Below, one piece after another: positions 30,693-41,447 of a DNA stretch of 64,000 bases. Position numbers and translations under genes: made by a program. Source of the stretch: Gammaproteobacteria bacterium (GTDB taxonomy: Bacteria; Pseudomonadota; Gammaproteobacteria; G965277405). Position 1 is the stretch's first letter, and each line of letters starts with the position of its first letter. The notes beneath the pieces were generated by a model, which saw nothing but the letters and a program-made list of their open reading frames with translations, made no database searches and had not been told where the DNA came from. Location: assembly GCA_965277405.1 (NCBI GenBank), contig OZ255726.1:2080001-2144000 (forward strand). The letters run 5' to 3'.

Positions 30693-31716
30693 GGCTATGT
30701 TCTGATAGTTTGTTGAAATGCTGTATACAGCATATCCCTCATGAAGCTGGCAGGGGATATATCTCCCCGTTTATTAAGCTCAAACCAACGAAACCATCCA
30801 CAATATTTATGAAGATTTTTAGTTGCAACACCATGAAAAGGGGCTAGCCATTGCTTGAGCCTCATGTGGTAAGCGTTCACCGTTTGAATATGAAAAACTT
30901 TGTCTTTGACCCGCTCACCAAGGCTTTGATTTAACACGACATGATTGATATTTTTCTGCTTGGCTAGATGCTCATAATTGATATGACCGTCGGTACAGAG
31001 AACCAGATCGTCGGCGAGTTTAGGTACAAAGGTTGCCTGTAATTGATCCAGCGTAAAGTGCTCTACAACCTGATCGACAATGTTGCCACTTCGATCGATG
31101 CCAATAACAGCTTTCACTGTAGATGCTTTGCTATTACCGCGTTTTCGCGGCTTGCCAGTGGTTAAATAGCGACTGCCTTTTTCAGAATATTTAAACCAAG
31201 TTTCATCTATTTCGACAATGCCTTCAAGCTGCTTGCTCATAAGTAAATCAGCCAATTTAAGAAATTTATGACGCCATGTGAATGCCGTGGTGAGGTTGAT
31301 GCCGCATTCCTTTGCAGCAATGCGCAGCGATTTTGAATCAACCATCGTTTGGCAGTATTGTTCCCACAGTTCAGGCTTATGCAGACCATTCAATTCTGAA
31401 CCCGTTAGTGCATTATAGGTTTTTAAGCATGATCGACAACGATACCGCTGACGTCCTTTTGACGTGCCCCACTTATAGGTACTGTCATGTTGGCAATGAG
31501 GGCATCCATGTACCGCTTGTTCAAGTAATTTCAGCACTTGAGGTTGCGATTCTGGATTGATTAAATGCTGTTCTAAGTCAGCCTTTTGCTTTAGAGAAAG
31601 CCCATTAACTGCTTGTTTTAACTGATTAAATTCAGAGGTCTTCATGATTTAGAGCATTGTGGATGTGATTGATACTTGTAGCATATCATATTTCAACAAT
31701 TTATTCAAATAGAGCC
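30693..31716 (-). mobile_element. IS1595-family insertion sequence, copy 2 (1024 bp)
   Basis: Same ends as copy 1; own 8-bp TSD AGCCGATT at 30685-30692 and 31717-31724. Confidence 0.93.
30695..31645 (-). CDS. IS1595-family DDE transposase
   Basis: Differs from copy 1 at three visible residues (P/L, M/I, R/S). Confidence 0.93.
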   Translation of the reverse strand: MKTSEFNQLKQAVNGLSLKQKADLEQHLINPESQPQVLKLLEQAVHGCPHCQHDSTYKWGTSKGRQRYRCRSCLKTYNALTGSELNGLHKPELWEQYCQTMVDSKSLRIAAKECGINLTTAFTWRHKFLKLADLLMSKQLEGIVEIDETWFKYSEKGSRYLTTGKPRKRGNSKASTVKAVIGIDRSGNIVDQVVEHFTLDQLQATFVPKLADDLVLCTDGHINYEHLAKQKNINHVVLNQSLGERVKDKVFHIQTVNAYHMRLKQWLAPFHGVATKNLHKYCGWFRWFELNKRGDISPASFMRDMLYTAFQQTIRT

Positions 31717-31988
31717 AGCCGATTATAGAAATATTTAACCAAGAATACACATTTTTTGGCCATTTTAGTTTTAAAAGAAAAATTATTGGTAGGGTAAGTA
31801 TTATTACAAAAAAATAACGCATGGCAAGAAATGTTAATGGTTCTATATATTCGAGTCAAATTTTTACAAATGAAAATCCTGACGCACATAGCAGTATAAA
31901 AATTATTGGAAGAAACAAAGAAAACACAAGATTACTATTTTTCATACAACAACCTTTTTATAACTTTAACTTATCAACGGTTCGTGAA

Positions 31989-32035
31989 GGCAGCTCCGAT
32001 TAACTCGCTCCATCAGCGACTTAATCAGAGCTTCC
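31989..32035. repeat. 47-bp mini form of the MITE (hairpin)
   Basis: GGCAGCTCCGATTAAC-TCGCTCCATCAGCGA-CTTAATCAGAGCTTCC followed by CTAA. Confidence 0.85.
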
Positions 32036-32741
32036 CTAACTGCTTCCATGGAATAACAGCTGCTAATTTCTCAAGCAATATTTCACTACAGGTTTTGCGT
32101 TGTTTATGTGCGTATTCCAATTCTGCAAACGTCATTTGCTTCATATCAATGCTCAACAACAATAGTTAGAGCATTATGACATATTAGCAATTATTTTGGG
32201 GGTTTTATCAGAGCTGCCCTAGGTGGAATTTCCTCCCAAAGCATCACTACAACAAAGCTTTTGAGCTGTTGATACCCGCATGCGATGATTTTTTGAGTAA
32301 TGAGGAATAAAGATATTTTCTATGCAAACATATGTTAATGCAGTGGTCTTAAGATGGGCACAAATACTACAGATCCTCTATAACCAAGAGGCGTTATATG
32401 ATATCTTTCAAGAGAGCAGGCTTGCTACAATCAGCGTCCAAATGACAATTTTTATTAACATATCTTAATATTGCGCTTTAAGCACTCAAATGATCACAAG
32501 ACTTAATATTTTTGTGTAGTATGCTCCAACTTTAGCATAGTAATTGCTGAACATACTGCGTAGGTTGCCAATATCATTGACTGCTCAATGTGTGTGATTT
32601 GCTTGCCAAAGGTCTAATAGTTCATGGTTTCTTAGTTGTATATATAATAGTTGTATATGTATAGTTGTATTATAGTTGTGTTGTATAGTTGCTGATCCGC
32701 AATGGTTAGTATTTATTTAACGCTTTGTTGTTATTTTTAGG

Positions 32742-34262
32742 ATGAGACATATGGATGCTGTTATCTCTTGGGTAGGAGGAGTAGTTTGGAGTCCTGCATT
32801 AGTTTACTTGCTGCTGATTGTGAGTTTAGTTTATTCAGTATATACGCGCTTTGTACAAGTACGCTTGTTTAAGCATATGTTTAGCTTATTGCGTTTAAAG
32901 AAAGATACTGCAAAAGGCATATCGTCGTTCCAAGCGCTTGCAGTTACGCTTTCTGGACGTGTTGGTACTGGTAATATTGCTGGTGTTGCCGCTGCCATTG
33001 GCTTTGGTGGACCTGGTGCGGTGTTTTGGATGTGGGTGGTGGCTTTTTTAGGCGCTGCTACTTCATATATTGAATGTACCTTAGGACAAATTTATAAGGA
33101 AAATGATAGGGATAATATAGAGTATCGTGGCGGTCCTGCTTACTATATTGAAAAAGCTCTTAACTGGAAGTGGTTCGCTATATTGTTTTCAGTGGTAACC
33201 TTAGCTTCTGTAGGTATTTTCTTACCTGGCGTGCAGGCTAACGGCATTGCTAACGCTTTTCAAAATGCTTTTGGGGGTACTCACATGATGAGTATTTTTG
33301 GAGATTCCGTTACCGATACGCAACTTTGGGCAATTATATTTATTGTGGTGGTGTTAGCCATCATTATTATAGGGGGGATTAAGCGTATTGCTAAGTTTGC
33401 ACAAATTGTAGTGCCTTTTATGGCATTGGCTTATATTTTGCTTTCCCTCACTATCATCATTAGCAATATTACTGAACTGCCACGTGTCATTGGCTTGATT
33501 GTGGGCGACGCATTTGCACCGATGGCAGGTTTAGGTGCTGTAATTGGTTGGGGTGTTAAACGTGGGGTTTACTCTAACGAAGCTGGGCAAGGTACCGCAC
33601 CACACGCCTCAGCTGCTGCTAATGTAGAGCATCCTGCACAACAAGGCTTAGTACAAGCGCTCTCCGTTTACATTGATACTTTATTGGTTTGTAGCTCCAC
33701 AGCATTTATGATCTTAATTACTGGCTCTTACAATGTAAAAGGTGTCGATGGTGGCTTTGTAGTACAAAATTTAGCAGCCGATATCAGCGCCAATGGCCCA
33801 GCTTTTACCCAAACCGCAATCGAAACTGTGTTACCAGGAACCGGTGCAGTGTTAGTTGCTTTTGCATTGCTGTTTTTTGCTTTCACAACCATTTTAGCCT
33901 ACTACTATATGGCAGAAACTAATCTCAGCTACCTGATGCGTAATAGTAGTTATGACGGTAAAGCTTGGCTTTTTATCTTAAAAATAATCCTTATTGTATC
34001 GGTATTTTACGGCGGTGTTAAATCAGCAGAGCTTGCTTGGGAATTAGGTGATATAGGGGTTGGTTTGATGGCATGGGTAAACATTATTGCTCTCATTATT
34101 ATTACCTTTAAAGCCAAACCTGCTCTTAGAGCATTAAAGGACTATGAAGCGCAAAGGGCGCAAAAAGTATCTTCATACAGTTTTGACCCTAAATCCTTGG
34201 GGATTGAAGGGGCAACATTTTGGGAAGATAAATTAGAACAGAAAAAAATTAGTAAATCTTAA
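32742..34262 (+). CDS. Alanine/glycine:cation symporter (AGCS)
   Basis: SSFQAL, GRVGTGNIAGV, GGPGAVFWMW, YRGGPAYY, RGVYSNEAGQG. Confidence 0.95.
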   Translation: MRHMDAVISWVGGVVWSPALVYLLLIVSLVYSVYTRFVQVRLFKHMFSLLRLKKDTAKGISSFQALAVTLSGRVGTGNIAGVAAAIGFGGPGAVFWMWVVAFLGAATSYIECTLGQIYKENDRDNIEYRGGPAYYIEKALNWKWFAILFSVVTLASVGIFLPGVQANGIANAFQNAFGGTHMMSIFGDSVTDTQLWAIIFIVVVLAIIIIGGIKRIAKFAQIVVPFMALAYILLSLTIIISNITELPRVIGLIVGDAFAPMAGLGAVIGWGVKRGVYSNEAGQGTAPHASAAANVEHPAQQGLVQALSVYIDTLLVCSSTAFMILITGSYNVKGVDGGFVVQNLAADISANGPAFTQTAIETVLPGTGAVLVAFALLFFAFTTILAYYYMAETNLSYLMRNSSYDGKAWLFILKIILIVSVFYGGVKSAELAWELGDIGVGLMAWVNIIALIIITFKAKPALRALKDYEAQRAQKVSSYSFDPKSLGIEGATFWEDKLEQKKISKS

Positions 34263-34276
34263 TTGGTTGAATCAAC

Positions 34277-34312
34277 TGCAAACAAAGCGGCTGCTAGCCC
34301 CTTTGTTTTGCA
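34277..34312 (+). terminator. Probable terminator hairpin after the AGCS gene
   Basis: CAAACAAAGCGGCT-GCT-AGCCCCTTTGTTTTG imperfect stem. Confidence 0.55.
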
Positions 34313-34501
34313 AGACTATGTTGATACGCCAGCTGATTATTTAACAAACAGTTGCTATTCCTAAAGAGTAGACAAGGCATTGGTATAAATCTTGCAAGAA
34401 GAGGCGTCATTATAGTCAGCGGCTGGTTTGATATTTTGCTGTAATAACCTTTATCTGCGTATATGGCATTTGTTACTGGAAGCGACTACTTTGTCCGCCA
34501 A

Positions 34502-35863
34502 TTATTTCAGAAATTTTAAACGCTTAAATTCGTGTAGTAACAGCATCATTGTATAGACAATAATCACTCCATCTATTAATGCAGATCCCCAGTATATAGA
34601 TTGTGTCCCAAATAAAGCTGGTAAAATAAGCATCATGGGGACAAAAAAGATTAATTGCCTCGCTATCCCTACAATCGCAGCAGGTTTTCCTTTATCAATA
34701 GCAGGAAAAAAGCTCATTGCCATAAAAATAATTGGCATTATAGGGAGAACAGAAATAATAATTCTAAAATTCCATATGCTTTCTTTTGTTAAATTACTGT
34801 TTACTAACATAGTCCCTAATGCTATATCTGGCATCATCATTATCATAATCCATATGGGCAGTATTATTAATACTCCTGTGATTGTAAAAACCCAAAAACT
34901 CTGTATAACTCTACGGTACTGTCTCGCACCATAATTAATCCCTGCTACAGGTTGTAGTGCACGCATAAGCCCGTAAAGTGGCGTCATTAAGAGGTTTATT
35001 ATTCTGAAAGTAGCTCCATAAAATGCAATTTCAAAAATAGATCCGTAATTAGATAACGCATTAAATATTACAATTGCTTGTACAATAGTCATAACCGTCA
35101 TTATCAATGCAGGAGCTCCCATTGACAAAATAGATTTGATTATTTCTTTATCCCAATGTAATGTTTTTGGAAAAGAAGGAAAGGATGTTTTACCTCCTCT
35201 AAAATAAAGATATCCTAGTAAAGAGTATACAAGCATACCAATATTTGATGCCCATGAGGCTCCTGCCACTCCATAATCCAACAGTACAACAAAAATATAA
35301 TTAAACAATGTATTTGCAACCAAGCCAATTCCCATCATCCAAGCAGCCATTTTCATCTTTCCTTCTGCTCGAACCACCATATTTGCAGACAATCCATATA
35401 TCCAGAAAAATGCACCAAGCACACTAATTCTGAAATACGTAACTCCAAAATCTAATGGAATACCTGTACCACCCATCATTTTTACTAACGGTTCTGCAAA
35501 AATCAATGCCAAAACCGTATACATAACCGAACATATAATATTCAAGGAATTAAAGTTTCCTAAAAGGCGTTTTTGTTTTTTTATATCATTAGATCCTAAG
35601 GCAATACTTAATAGAGATCCTGCTCCAACTCCTATCAAAGAGCCTATTCCCATAGTAAAAGACGCTAAAGGATATACGATCGAAACTCCCGCTAAAGCAT
35701 TTTCGCCAACAAAAATTCCTACAAAAACTGCATCTAACAATACATTGCATCCATATAAGACCATTGCTATAATAGCTGGGCATGAGAGTTTCCACATAAC
35801 CGACCACATATTTTTGGTAAGTATGAATTGTTTTTGTGTTTGTGTTTGTGTTTGATTGTTCAT
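34502..35863 (-). CDS. MATE-family efflux transporter (AT-rich)
   Basis: About 12 TM; DAVFVG, RAEG, GVAGASWAS, QPVAGINYGA. Confidence 0.9.
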   Translation of the reverse strand: MNNQTQTQTQKQFILTKNMWSVMWKLSCPAIIAMVLYGCNVLLDAVFVGIFVGENALAGVSIVYPLASFTMGIGSLIGVGAGSLLSIALGSNDIKKQKRLLGNFNSLNIICSVMYTVLALIFAEPLVKMMGGTGIPLDFGVTYFRISVLGAFFWIYGLSANMVVRAEGKMKMAAWMMGIGLVANTLFNYIFVVLLDYGVAGASWASNIGMLVYSLLGYLYFRGGKTSFPSFPKTLHWDKEIIKSILSMGAPALIMTVMTIVQAIVIFNALSNYGSIFEIAFYGATFRIINLLMTPLYGLMRALQPVAGINYGARQYRRVIQSFWVFTITGVLIILPIWIMIMMMPDIALGTMLVNSNLTKESIWNFRIIISVLPIMPIIFMAMSFFPAIDKGKPAAIVGIARQLIFFVPMMLILPALFGTQSIYWGSALIDGVIIVYTMMLLLHEFKRLKFLK

Positions 35864-36007
35864 TGTTTTCAACATTTATTTGATTGTATTGTCAAATTTC
35901 AATTTAACAACTATCTATATTGTTACTTAGCGATATTTATAGTGCTTTACGCTTGGGTAAGCTACGATAAATATAAAATTACTAAAAAAAAATGGCGGCA
36001 CGCATCG

Positions 36008-36347
36008 GGAATCTCTGATTAACTCGCTGATGGAGCGAGTTTGGCTGCAATATTCTAAGATATAAGCGCATAATAGCCTGATTACATATTGTATGTCTGG
36101 CTGTTATTTTGTAGTCTGGCTGTTATTCATTAGTGATGTATTTATCTTGTCCATATCGTCTGCTGATAAGACAAACCAACCACTCTTTGCTTGATTCGCG
36201 TTTCCTGGGACAATAAAAATTGTTTTTATTGAAATCAAACTCATTGAAAAAGGCTTTACAATTTTATAATAGTTTTTCATTATTTTATATTCATCGAATA
36301 CAATCTATTTACTAAAATCTTTGTTATTTACCTTAATCAGAGGTTCC
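36008..36347 (-). mobile_element. MITE-ended element with unrelated interior (340 bp)
   Basis: GGAATCTCTGATTAACTCGCTGATGGAGCGAGTT at one end and CTTAATCAGAGGTTCC+TTAG at the other; interior does not resemble the other copies. Confidence 0.7.
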
Positions 36348-36366
36348 TTAGAGATTACTCAAACAG

Positions 36367-37152
36367 CTATTGCGAAATGCAGCGCGTGCTGTTGTCGATA
36401 AAGCGCAGGGCAGAAAGCACAGTTAACGCCGATGTTTTAGGGTTACCAGGCAGCTGGTTGCTGGCAATAGTAAAATGCATGTTGCCAAAATCTCCATGCG
36501 CGTCGATGGTATGGACATTTTGACGAATGTTAGGGTCAGCGTATAGCCTGACAACGGTGGCATCAAGCCCTATTCCTGCTAGCGCAACGCTGGCGGTGAC
36601 ATTGGCATTTTTTGGAAAGGCTAACGCAGCATTGCGTGCTGTGTCATGAAACAACAATGTTTTTTCATTGAGTTTAGCTAAATCAAACTGCTGCTGTGCT
36701 TGAGTTCCTGACCAACTCATCGGTGGTTTACACGCGCTATAGCTGACAGATTGTAATTTGCCAAAACTGGCAGAGCGCAGCGCATCAATGGCTCCAATAG
36801 CGCCAGCAAGCAAGTGGAGCTTGGCGTTGCTGGGAATAGCAGCTAATATTGTTGGATCTGCCAGCGCGCCGATTGATAACATGCCGCATTCATACCCATG
36901 TTGCAGCGCTGGGACGAGGTGTATTTTGACAGCAGCATGTTCGGCACACTCGATGATGAGGGCATCTTGCGGCAAGGTTTGATGGTCGATTGATGCGCTG
37001 AAAACTGTGTCGCCTGTGGCAGTAGCTTGCAGTTTGGCTACGCGTGCTGGAGTTTCTATGATACGGATTATCGACGCAGCATTGGTTGTTTGGATGGCTG
37101 CGTGAATGGCTGAGCCGATGGCTCCAAAGCCAATTAAAACAATAGGGCGCAT
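36367..37152 (-). CDS. nadX: L-aspartate dehydrogenase family protein
   Basis: IGFGAIG, IECA, SIGALAD, GAIGAIDAL, FPKNANV, NPKTSALT. Confidence 0.88.
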   Translation of the reverse strand: MRPIVLIGFGAIGSAIHAAIQTTNAASIIRIIETPARVAKLQATATGDTVFSASIDHQTLPQDALIIECAEHAAVKIHLVPALQHGYECGMLSIGALADPTILAAIPSNAKLHLLAGAIGAIDALRSASFGKLQSVSYSACKPPMSWSGTQAQQQFDLAKLNEKTLLFHDTARNAALAFPKNANVTASVALAGIGLDATVVRLYADPNIRQNVHTIDAHGDFGNMHFTIASNQLPGNPKTSALTVLSALRFIDNSTRCISQ

Positions 37153-37204
37153 GTGTTTTCTTGTAACATGTGTATAAAATGTGGATAAAATGTGGATATG
37201 AAGG

Positions 37205-38686
37205 CTAGCAACTGAATAGGTTCATGAACTCGTGTACAGCCATTTTCTCGAGGGTTGATTGGTCAAGCGCGACTTGCATGATTGCTTCAACCCGGCTTTC
37301 AGCAAATCTTGTGCGCAGGTTGTTCGCGAATTTTTGTTCGAGGACAGGGATGCCTGCTGCGCGGCGGCGGCGGTGGCCAATTGGGTATTCAACTTCAATT
37401 TTTTCGCTGTTGCTACCGTCGCTGTAAAATAGCTGGACGGCGTTGGCAATGGCGCGTTTGTCAGCTAGATGATATTCTGCGCTGTAGCGTGTATCTTCGA
37501 TAATCACCATTTTTTCACGCAGGATATCTATTGTTGGATTGTCAGCATGGAAGCTGTTTTCGTAGTGCTCTGCGGTGACATCACCAAATAATAACGCTAC
37601 AGCTACCATATATTGCAGGCAATGGTCGCGGTCGGCAGGGTTGGCAAGTGGACCAACTTTGGAAATGATACGAATTGCTGATTGATGCGTAGTAATGACA
37701 ATTTTGTCAATCTTGTCAAGATTGGCAACTAGCTGCGGGTGCAGGGTAACGCCTGCTTCACACGCGGTCTGGGCGTGAAACTCGGCTGGAAACGATATTT
37801 TAAACAAAATATTCTCCATTACATAACTGCGATACGGCTGGTTGCGTGAAAAAACGCAATCTTGTTGATCTTTGATGCTATTGTCAGAATTTCGTTTGCT
37901 GAAAAGTACGTCATAAAAACCCCATTGTCGCGCAGTGAGGACGCTTGGAATCCCCATTTCACCACGCAACGTCATCATTGCAAGATACACGGCGCGGGAT
38001 GTTGCATCTCCAGCTGCCCAAGACTTGCGCGAACCTGCGTTTGGTGCGTGGCGATAGGTTCGCAATGCTTGTCCATCAACCCATGCCTGCGACACCGCGT
38101 CGATGATTTGCTCGCGGTTGCCACCAAGCAATTGGGTGACAACTGCTGTTGACGCTACTTTGACTAACACTACATGGTCTAGACCAACACGGTTGAAGCT
38201 ATTTTCTAATGCGAGAACCCCTTGGATTTCGTGGGCTTTAATCATCGCTTCGAGCACTTGGCGCATCGATAACGGTGCTGTCGCTGCGGCGATATTGCAA
38301 CGGCTAATGTAGTCGGCTACGGCTAAAATTCCACCAAGGTTGTCGGATGGATGCCCCCATTCTGCTGCAAGCCACGTGTCATTAAAATCTAACCAGCGGA
38401 TGATGCAACCAATATCCCAAGCGGCTTTTACTGGGTCCATGACATATGTCGTGCCTGGAACCCGCGCGCCATTTGGCACAACAGTGCCTGGAACGTGTGG
38501 TCCGAGTAATTTGGTACATTCGGGAAAGCGTAGCGCTAATATGCCACAGCCGAGGGTGTCTATCAGGCAGTTGCGTGCTGTCGTCCATGCTGCTGTTGAT
38601 TGGATGTTGTATTGAACGACATAGTCAGCAATGTCAACCAATACTTGGTCTGGAGTTGGGCGTTGGTTGAGGTCTACGTTATGCAT
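37205..38686 (-). CDS. prpD: 2-methylcitrate dehydratase
   Basis: [55 protein letters not shown]. Confidence 0.97.
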   Translation of the reverse strand: MHNVDLNQRPTPDQVLVDIADYVVQYNIQSTAAWTTARNCLIDTLGCGILALRFPECTKLLGPHVPGTVVPNGARVPGTTYVMDPVKAAWDIGCIIRWLDFNDTWLAAEWGHPSDNLGGILAVADYISRCNIAAATAPLSMRQVLEAMIKAHEIQGVLALENSFNRVGLDHVVLVKVASTAVVTQLLGGNREQIIDAVSQAWVDGQALRTYRHAPNAGSRKSWAAGDATSRAVYLAMMTLRGEMGIPSVLTARQWGFYDVLFSKRNSDNSIKDQQDCVFSRNQPYRSYVMENILFKISFPAEFHAQTACEAGVTLHPQLVANLDKIDKIVITTHQSAIRIISKVGPLANPADRDHCLQYMVAVALLFGDVTAEHYENSFHADNPTIDILREKMVIIEDTRYSAEYHLADKRAIANAVQLFYSDGSNSEKIEVEYPIGHRRRRAAGIPVLEQKFANNLRTRFAESRVEAIMQVALDQSTLEKMAVHEFMNLFSC

Positions 38687-38861
38687 AATTGATATGGGAA
38701 AATGGAATTTGCTGAAGTGGTTGTTGGCGAGGTTTGCAGCAAATCAGTTGCTTGCAAATAATCGCATTACGCATCGCGCGGGTCGTTTGTTGGCACAAAT
38801 GGTGCGATATACACTGCGAGATACACGTTGTTATAGCTGTGAAATTTTGATTACGTATTCC

Positions 38862-39998
38862 TTAGCGTTGATCCAGCGGTAGCCACGGCAGATGGTCGGC
38901 GCCAATATAGTTGGCGCTTGGTCGGATAATTTTACCGTCTTGGCGCTGTTCAATGCAGTGCGCTCCCCATCCTGTTATGCGCGCAATGACAAACAACGGG
39001 GTGAACATCGTCATCGGTACACGCAGTTGATGGTATGAAACCGCTGAATACCAGTCGAGATTCGGGAACATGTTTTTTTCGCTCCACATGACTTGTTCGA
39101 TGCGTTGGGCAATTTCATACATTGCCGTGCTTGAGTTTTGTTGTGAAAGCGACAAGGCTACCCGCTTAATAATTTCATTACGCGGGTCGGCAATTGTGTA
39201 GACAGGGTGGCCAAAGCCAATCACTATTTCTTTGTTGCGGATACGCTCGCGAATATCTGCTTCTGCTGCATCTGGCGAGTTGTAGCGTTGTTGGATTGCA
39301 AATGACACTTCGTTCGCCCCACCATGTTTTGGCCCACGCAAAGTACCAATAGCAGCGGTAATCGCAGAATATATGTCAGAATTGGTACTGGCAACGACAC
39401 GTGCACTAAAGGTTGAGGCATTGAATTCGTGCTCGGCATATAAAATCAGCGAGGTATGCATTGCCCGAACAGCGCTCGGCGATGGAGTGGTGCCATGGAG
39501 TAATTCGAGAAAATGACCGCCGATTGAGTCTTGTTCTGAGGTAACTTGGATGCGAATACCACGGGTTGAATACGCGTGCCAGTAGAGCAATATTGAGGTA
39601 AAACTTGCGAGCATGCGGTCGATGATATCGCGGGTTTCTGCCACTGGCATACACGTTTGTTCTGGGAAACAAGCCCCAAGTACCGAGCAACCAGTGCGGA
39701 GCACATCCATTGGATGGGTGGCTGGTGGCAGGGCTTCTATTGCTTGTTTTACCGGCTGGGGAATGCCGCGCAGCGACTGCAGCTTTTGTTTATAATTAGC
39801 AAGCTCACTGGCAGTTGGTAGTGTGCCATGGATGAGCAGGTAGGCAATTTCTTCAAACTCTGCGCATTCGGCAAAATCATGGATATCGTAGCCGCGGTAA
39901 TGCAGGTCATTGCCGCTATGTCCAACGGTGCAAATTGCGGTGTTGCCTGCGGTAATACCTGATAATGCCACAGATTTTTTTTGCTTTTTTTTATCCAT
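38862..39998 (-). CDS. prpC: 2-methylcitrate synthase
   Basis: [48 protein letters not shown]. Confidence 0.96.
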   Translation of the reverse strand: MDKKKQKKSVALSGITAGNTAICTVGHSGNDLHYRGYDIHDFAECAEFEEIAYLLIHGTLPTASELANYKQKLQSLRGIPQPVKQAIEALPPATHPMDVLRTGCSVLGACFPEQTCMPVAETRDIIDRMLASFTSILLYWHAYSTRGIRIQVTSEQDSIGGHFLELLHGTTPSPSAVRAMHTSLILYAEHEFNASTFSARVVASTNSDIYSAITAAIGTLRGPKHGGANEVSFAIQQRYNSPDAAEADIRERIRNKEIVIGFGHPVYTIADPRNEIIKRVALSLSQQNSSTAMYEIAQRIEQVMWSEKNMFPNLDWYSAVSYHQLRVPMTMFTPLFVIARITGWGAHCIEQRQDGKIIRPSANYIGADHLPWLPLDQR

Positions 39999-40000
39999 AC

Positions 40001-40885
40001 TTAGTCACTCCGTTGTTGTTGATTAAATATATCATCGAGGCGCTTTTCAACTGCGTGATACCCTAAATATTGATATAGTTCCTCTCTGGTTTGCATTGTC
40101 TTTAGCACATTAGCCTGAGTACCGTCTTGCAAAATATGTGCATACACTTGTTGCGCGGCTTTGCTCATGGCACGGAAGGCACTGAGTGGATACAGTATCA
40201 GTTGAATCCCAACATTGGCAAGTTCGGTCCGCGTAAACAATGGTGTTGCTCCAAATTCTGTAATATTGGCGAGTATCGGCACATCCACAGCGCGACAGAT
40301 GGTTTTGTATTCTGCTAAAGTGTGGATTGCTTCTGGGAATGCCATGTCTGCCCCAGCTTCGATGCACGCCGCAAGGCGATCTATCGCAGCCTGCATCCCT
40401 TCAACTGCAAAGGCATCAGTACGCGCCATTATAACGAATGAAGCGTCGTGTCTGGCATCCACACAGGCCTTGATGCGGTCGACCATGTCATCTTTACTGA
40501 TAATTGCTTTGTTGGGGCGGTGGCCACAACGTTTTTGCATAACCTGGTCTTCAATATGCAGTGCTGCGGCACCAGCTTGGGAAATTTCACGAACTGCGCG
40601 GGCGATGTTTAAAGCTCCTCCCCAGCCGGTATCAATATCCACCAGCAACGGCAGTTTGCTGACCGCAGTAATGCGTTTGGCATCTTCAACAACATCATGC
40701 AGGGTTGAGATGCCAAGGTCAGGAGCTCCAAGCGATGAAGCTGCGACCCCTCCGCCTGATAAGTACAGCGCCGTATGACCAGTTTGTTCTGCCATAATCG
40801 CAGCGTAGGCGGTAATCGCCCCGACGATTTGTAACGGCGCGTGGTTGGCAACAGCTTGACGCAAGCGAAATCCTGGGGTGTTCAT
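40001..40885 (-). CDS. prpB: Methylisocitrate lyase
   Basis: [38 protein letters not shown]. Confidence 0.97.
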   Translation of the reverse strand: MNTPGFRLRQAVANHAPLQIVGAITAYAAIMAEQTGHTALYLSGGGVAASSLGAPDLGISTLHDVVEDAKRITAVSKLPLLVDIDTGWGGALNIARAVREISQAGAAALHIEDQVMQKRCGHRPNKAIISKDDMVDRIKACVDARHDASFVIMARTDAFAVEGMQAAIDRLAACIEAGADMAFPEAIHTLAEYKTICRAVDVPILANITEFGATPLFTRTELANVGIQLILYPLSAFRAMSKAAQQVYAHILQDGTQANVLKTMQTREELYQYLGYHAVEKRLDDIFNQQQRSD

Positions 40886-41072
40886 AACTTTCCTCGAGCA
40901 AAACGATATTTGGGGAGCATAGTTGCGATGATTTGCAGACGGTATAATGTTGCTGATAGCATATCAATTTCCAGTTATATGGTGCATTAGCAGCGCCGAG
41001 CAATGGTTATAAATGATGAGATTGGGGGTCTGTAGATAAGTTTCTTCCATGTAAATATTGTGGTAATGAGTA

Positions 41073-41357
41073 TTATTCTGCTGTATCTACGACGATTCGC
41101 TGCAGCCGCAGCGGTCGTACGATATCAATTGCTTGTTGATATGTTGCGTGTTGTTTGAATCGAGTTAAAGCATTTTTATTAGCAAAAGTACAATGAAGGA
41201 CTACATCAAACTCGGTTGATTGTGCGTCAAGTTTTAGGTTTGCTCCTACCATAAAGTTTTCAACGTTTGGAATTGTAGATAGTAATCGCAGACCATCGAT
41301 TATTTGCGTTGTGTTGTCTGCAGACTTGCTGCTGAATAAAACTGTATGGTGTATCAT
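41073..41357 (-). CDS. Dabb / stress-responsive alpha-beta barrel protein
   Basis: MIHHTVLF..IPNV..F..H..Y pattern, 94 aa. Confidence 0.75.
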   Translation of the reverse strand: MIHHTVLFSSKSADNTTQIIDGLRLLSTIPNVENFMVGANLKLDAQSTEFDVVLHCTFANKNALTRFKQHATYQQAIDIVRPLRLQRIVVDTAE

Positions 41358-41394
41358 GAAGAATAGGCGGCGGAAGTGATATGTACAGATATAA

Positions 41395-41427
41395 AAAAGG
41401 CAGGGAGATTAGCTCTTCCTGCCTTTT
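41395..41427. terminator. Intrinsic terminator after the methyltransferase gene
   Basis: AAAAGGCAGGGAGA-TTAGC-TCTTCCTGCCTTTT. Confidence 0.8.
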
Positions 41428-41447
41428 GTATGAAGTGAGTGTTGATA

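Larger units (their letters stand above)
30014..31945 (-). pseudogene. EamA/DMT transporter split by IS1595 copy 2
   Basis: 5' part MKNSNLVFSLFLPIIFILL.. (31945-31717) joins in frame across the TSD to LLIQFVYF... It also carries an in-frame TGA at 31856-31858. Confidence 0.85.

Noticed and set aside
20221-31716. Composite transposon bounded by the two IS1595 copies
   Set aside because: Each copy has its own different TSD, so the insertions were independent.
31856-31858. TGA recoding (alternative genetic code)
   Set aside because: Single instance in a gene already broken by an IS; TGA is a normal stop in many genes here.
32220-32741. Glycine riboswitch upstream of the AGCS gene
   Set aside because: Plausible by context, but I could not find the conserved aptamer motifs; an Rfam scan would be decisive.
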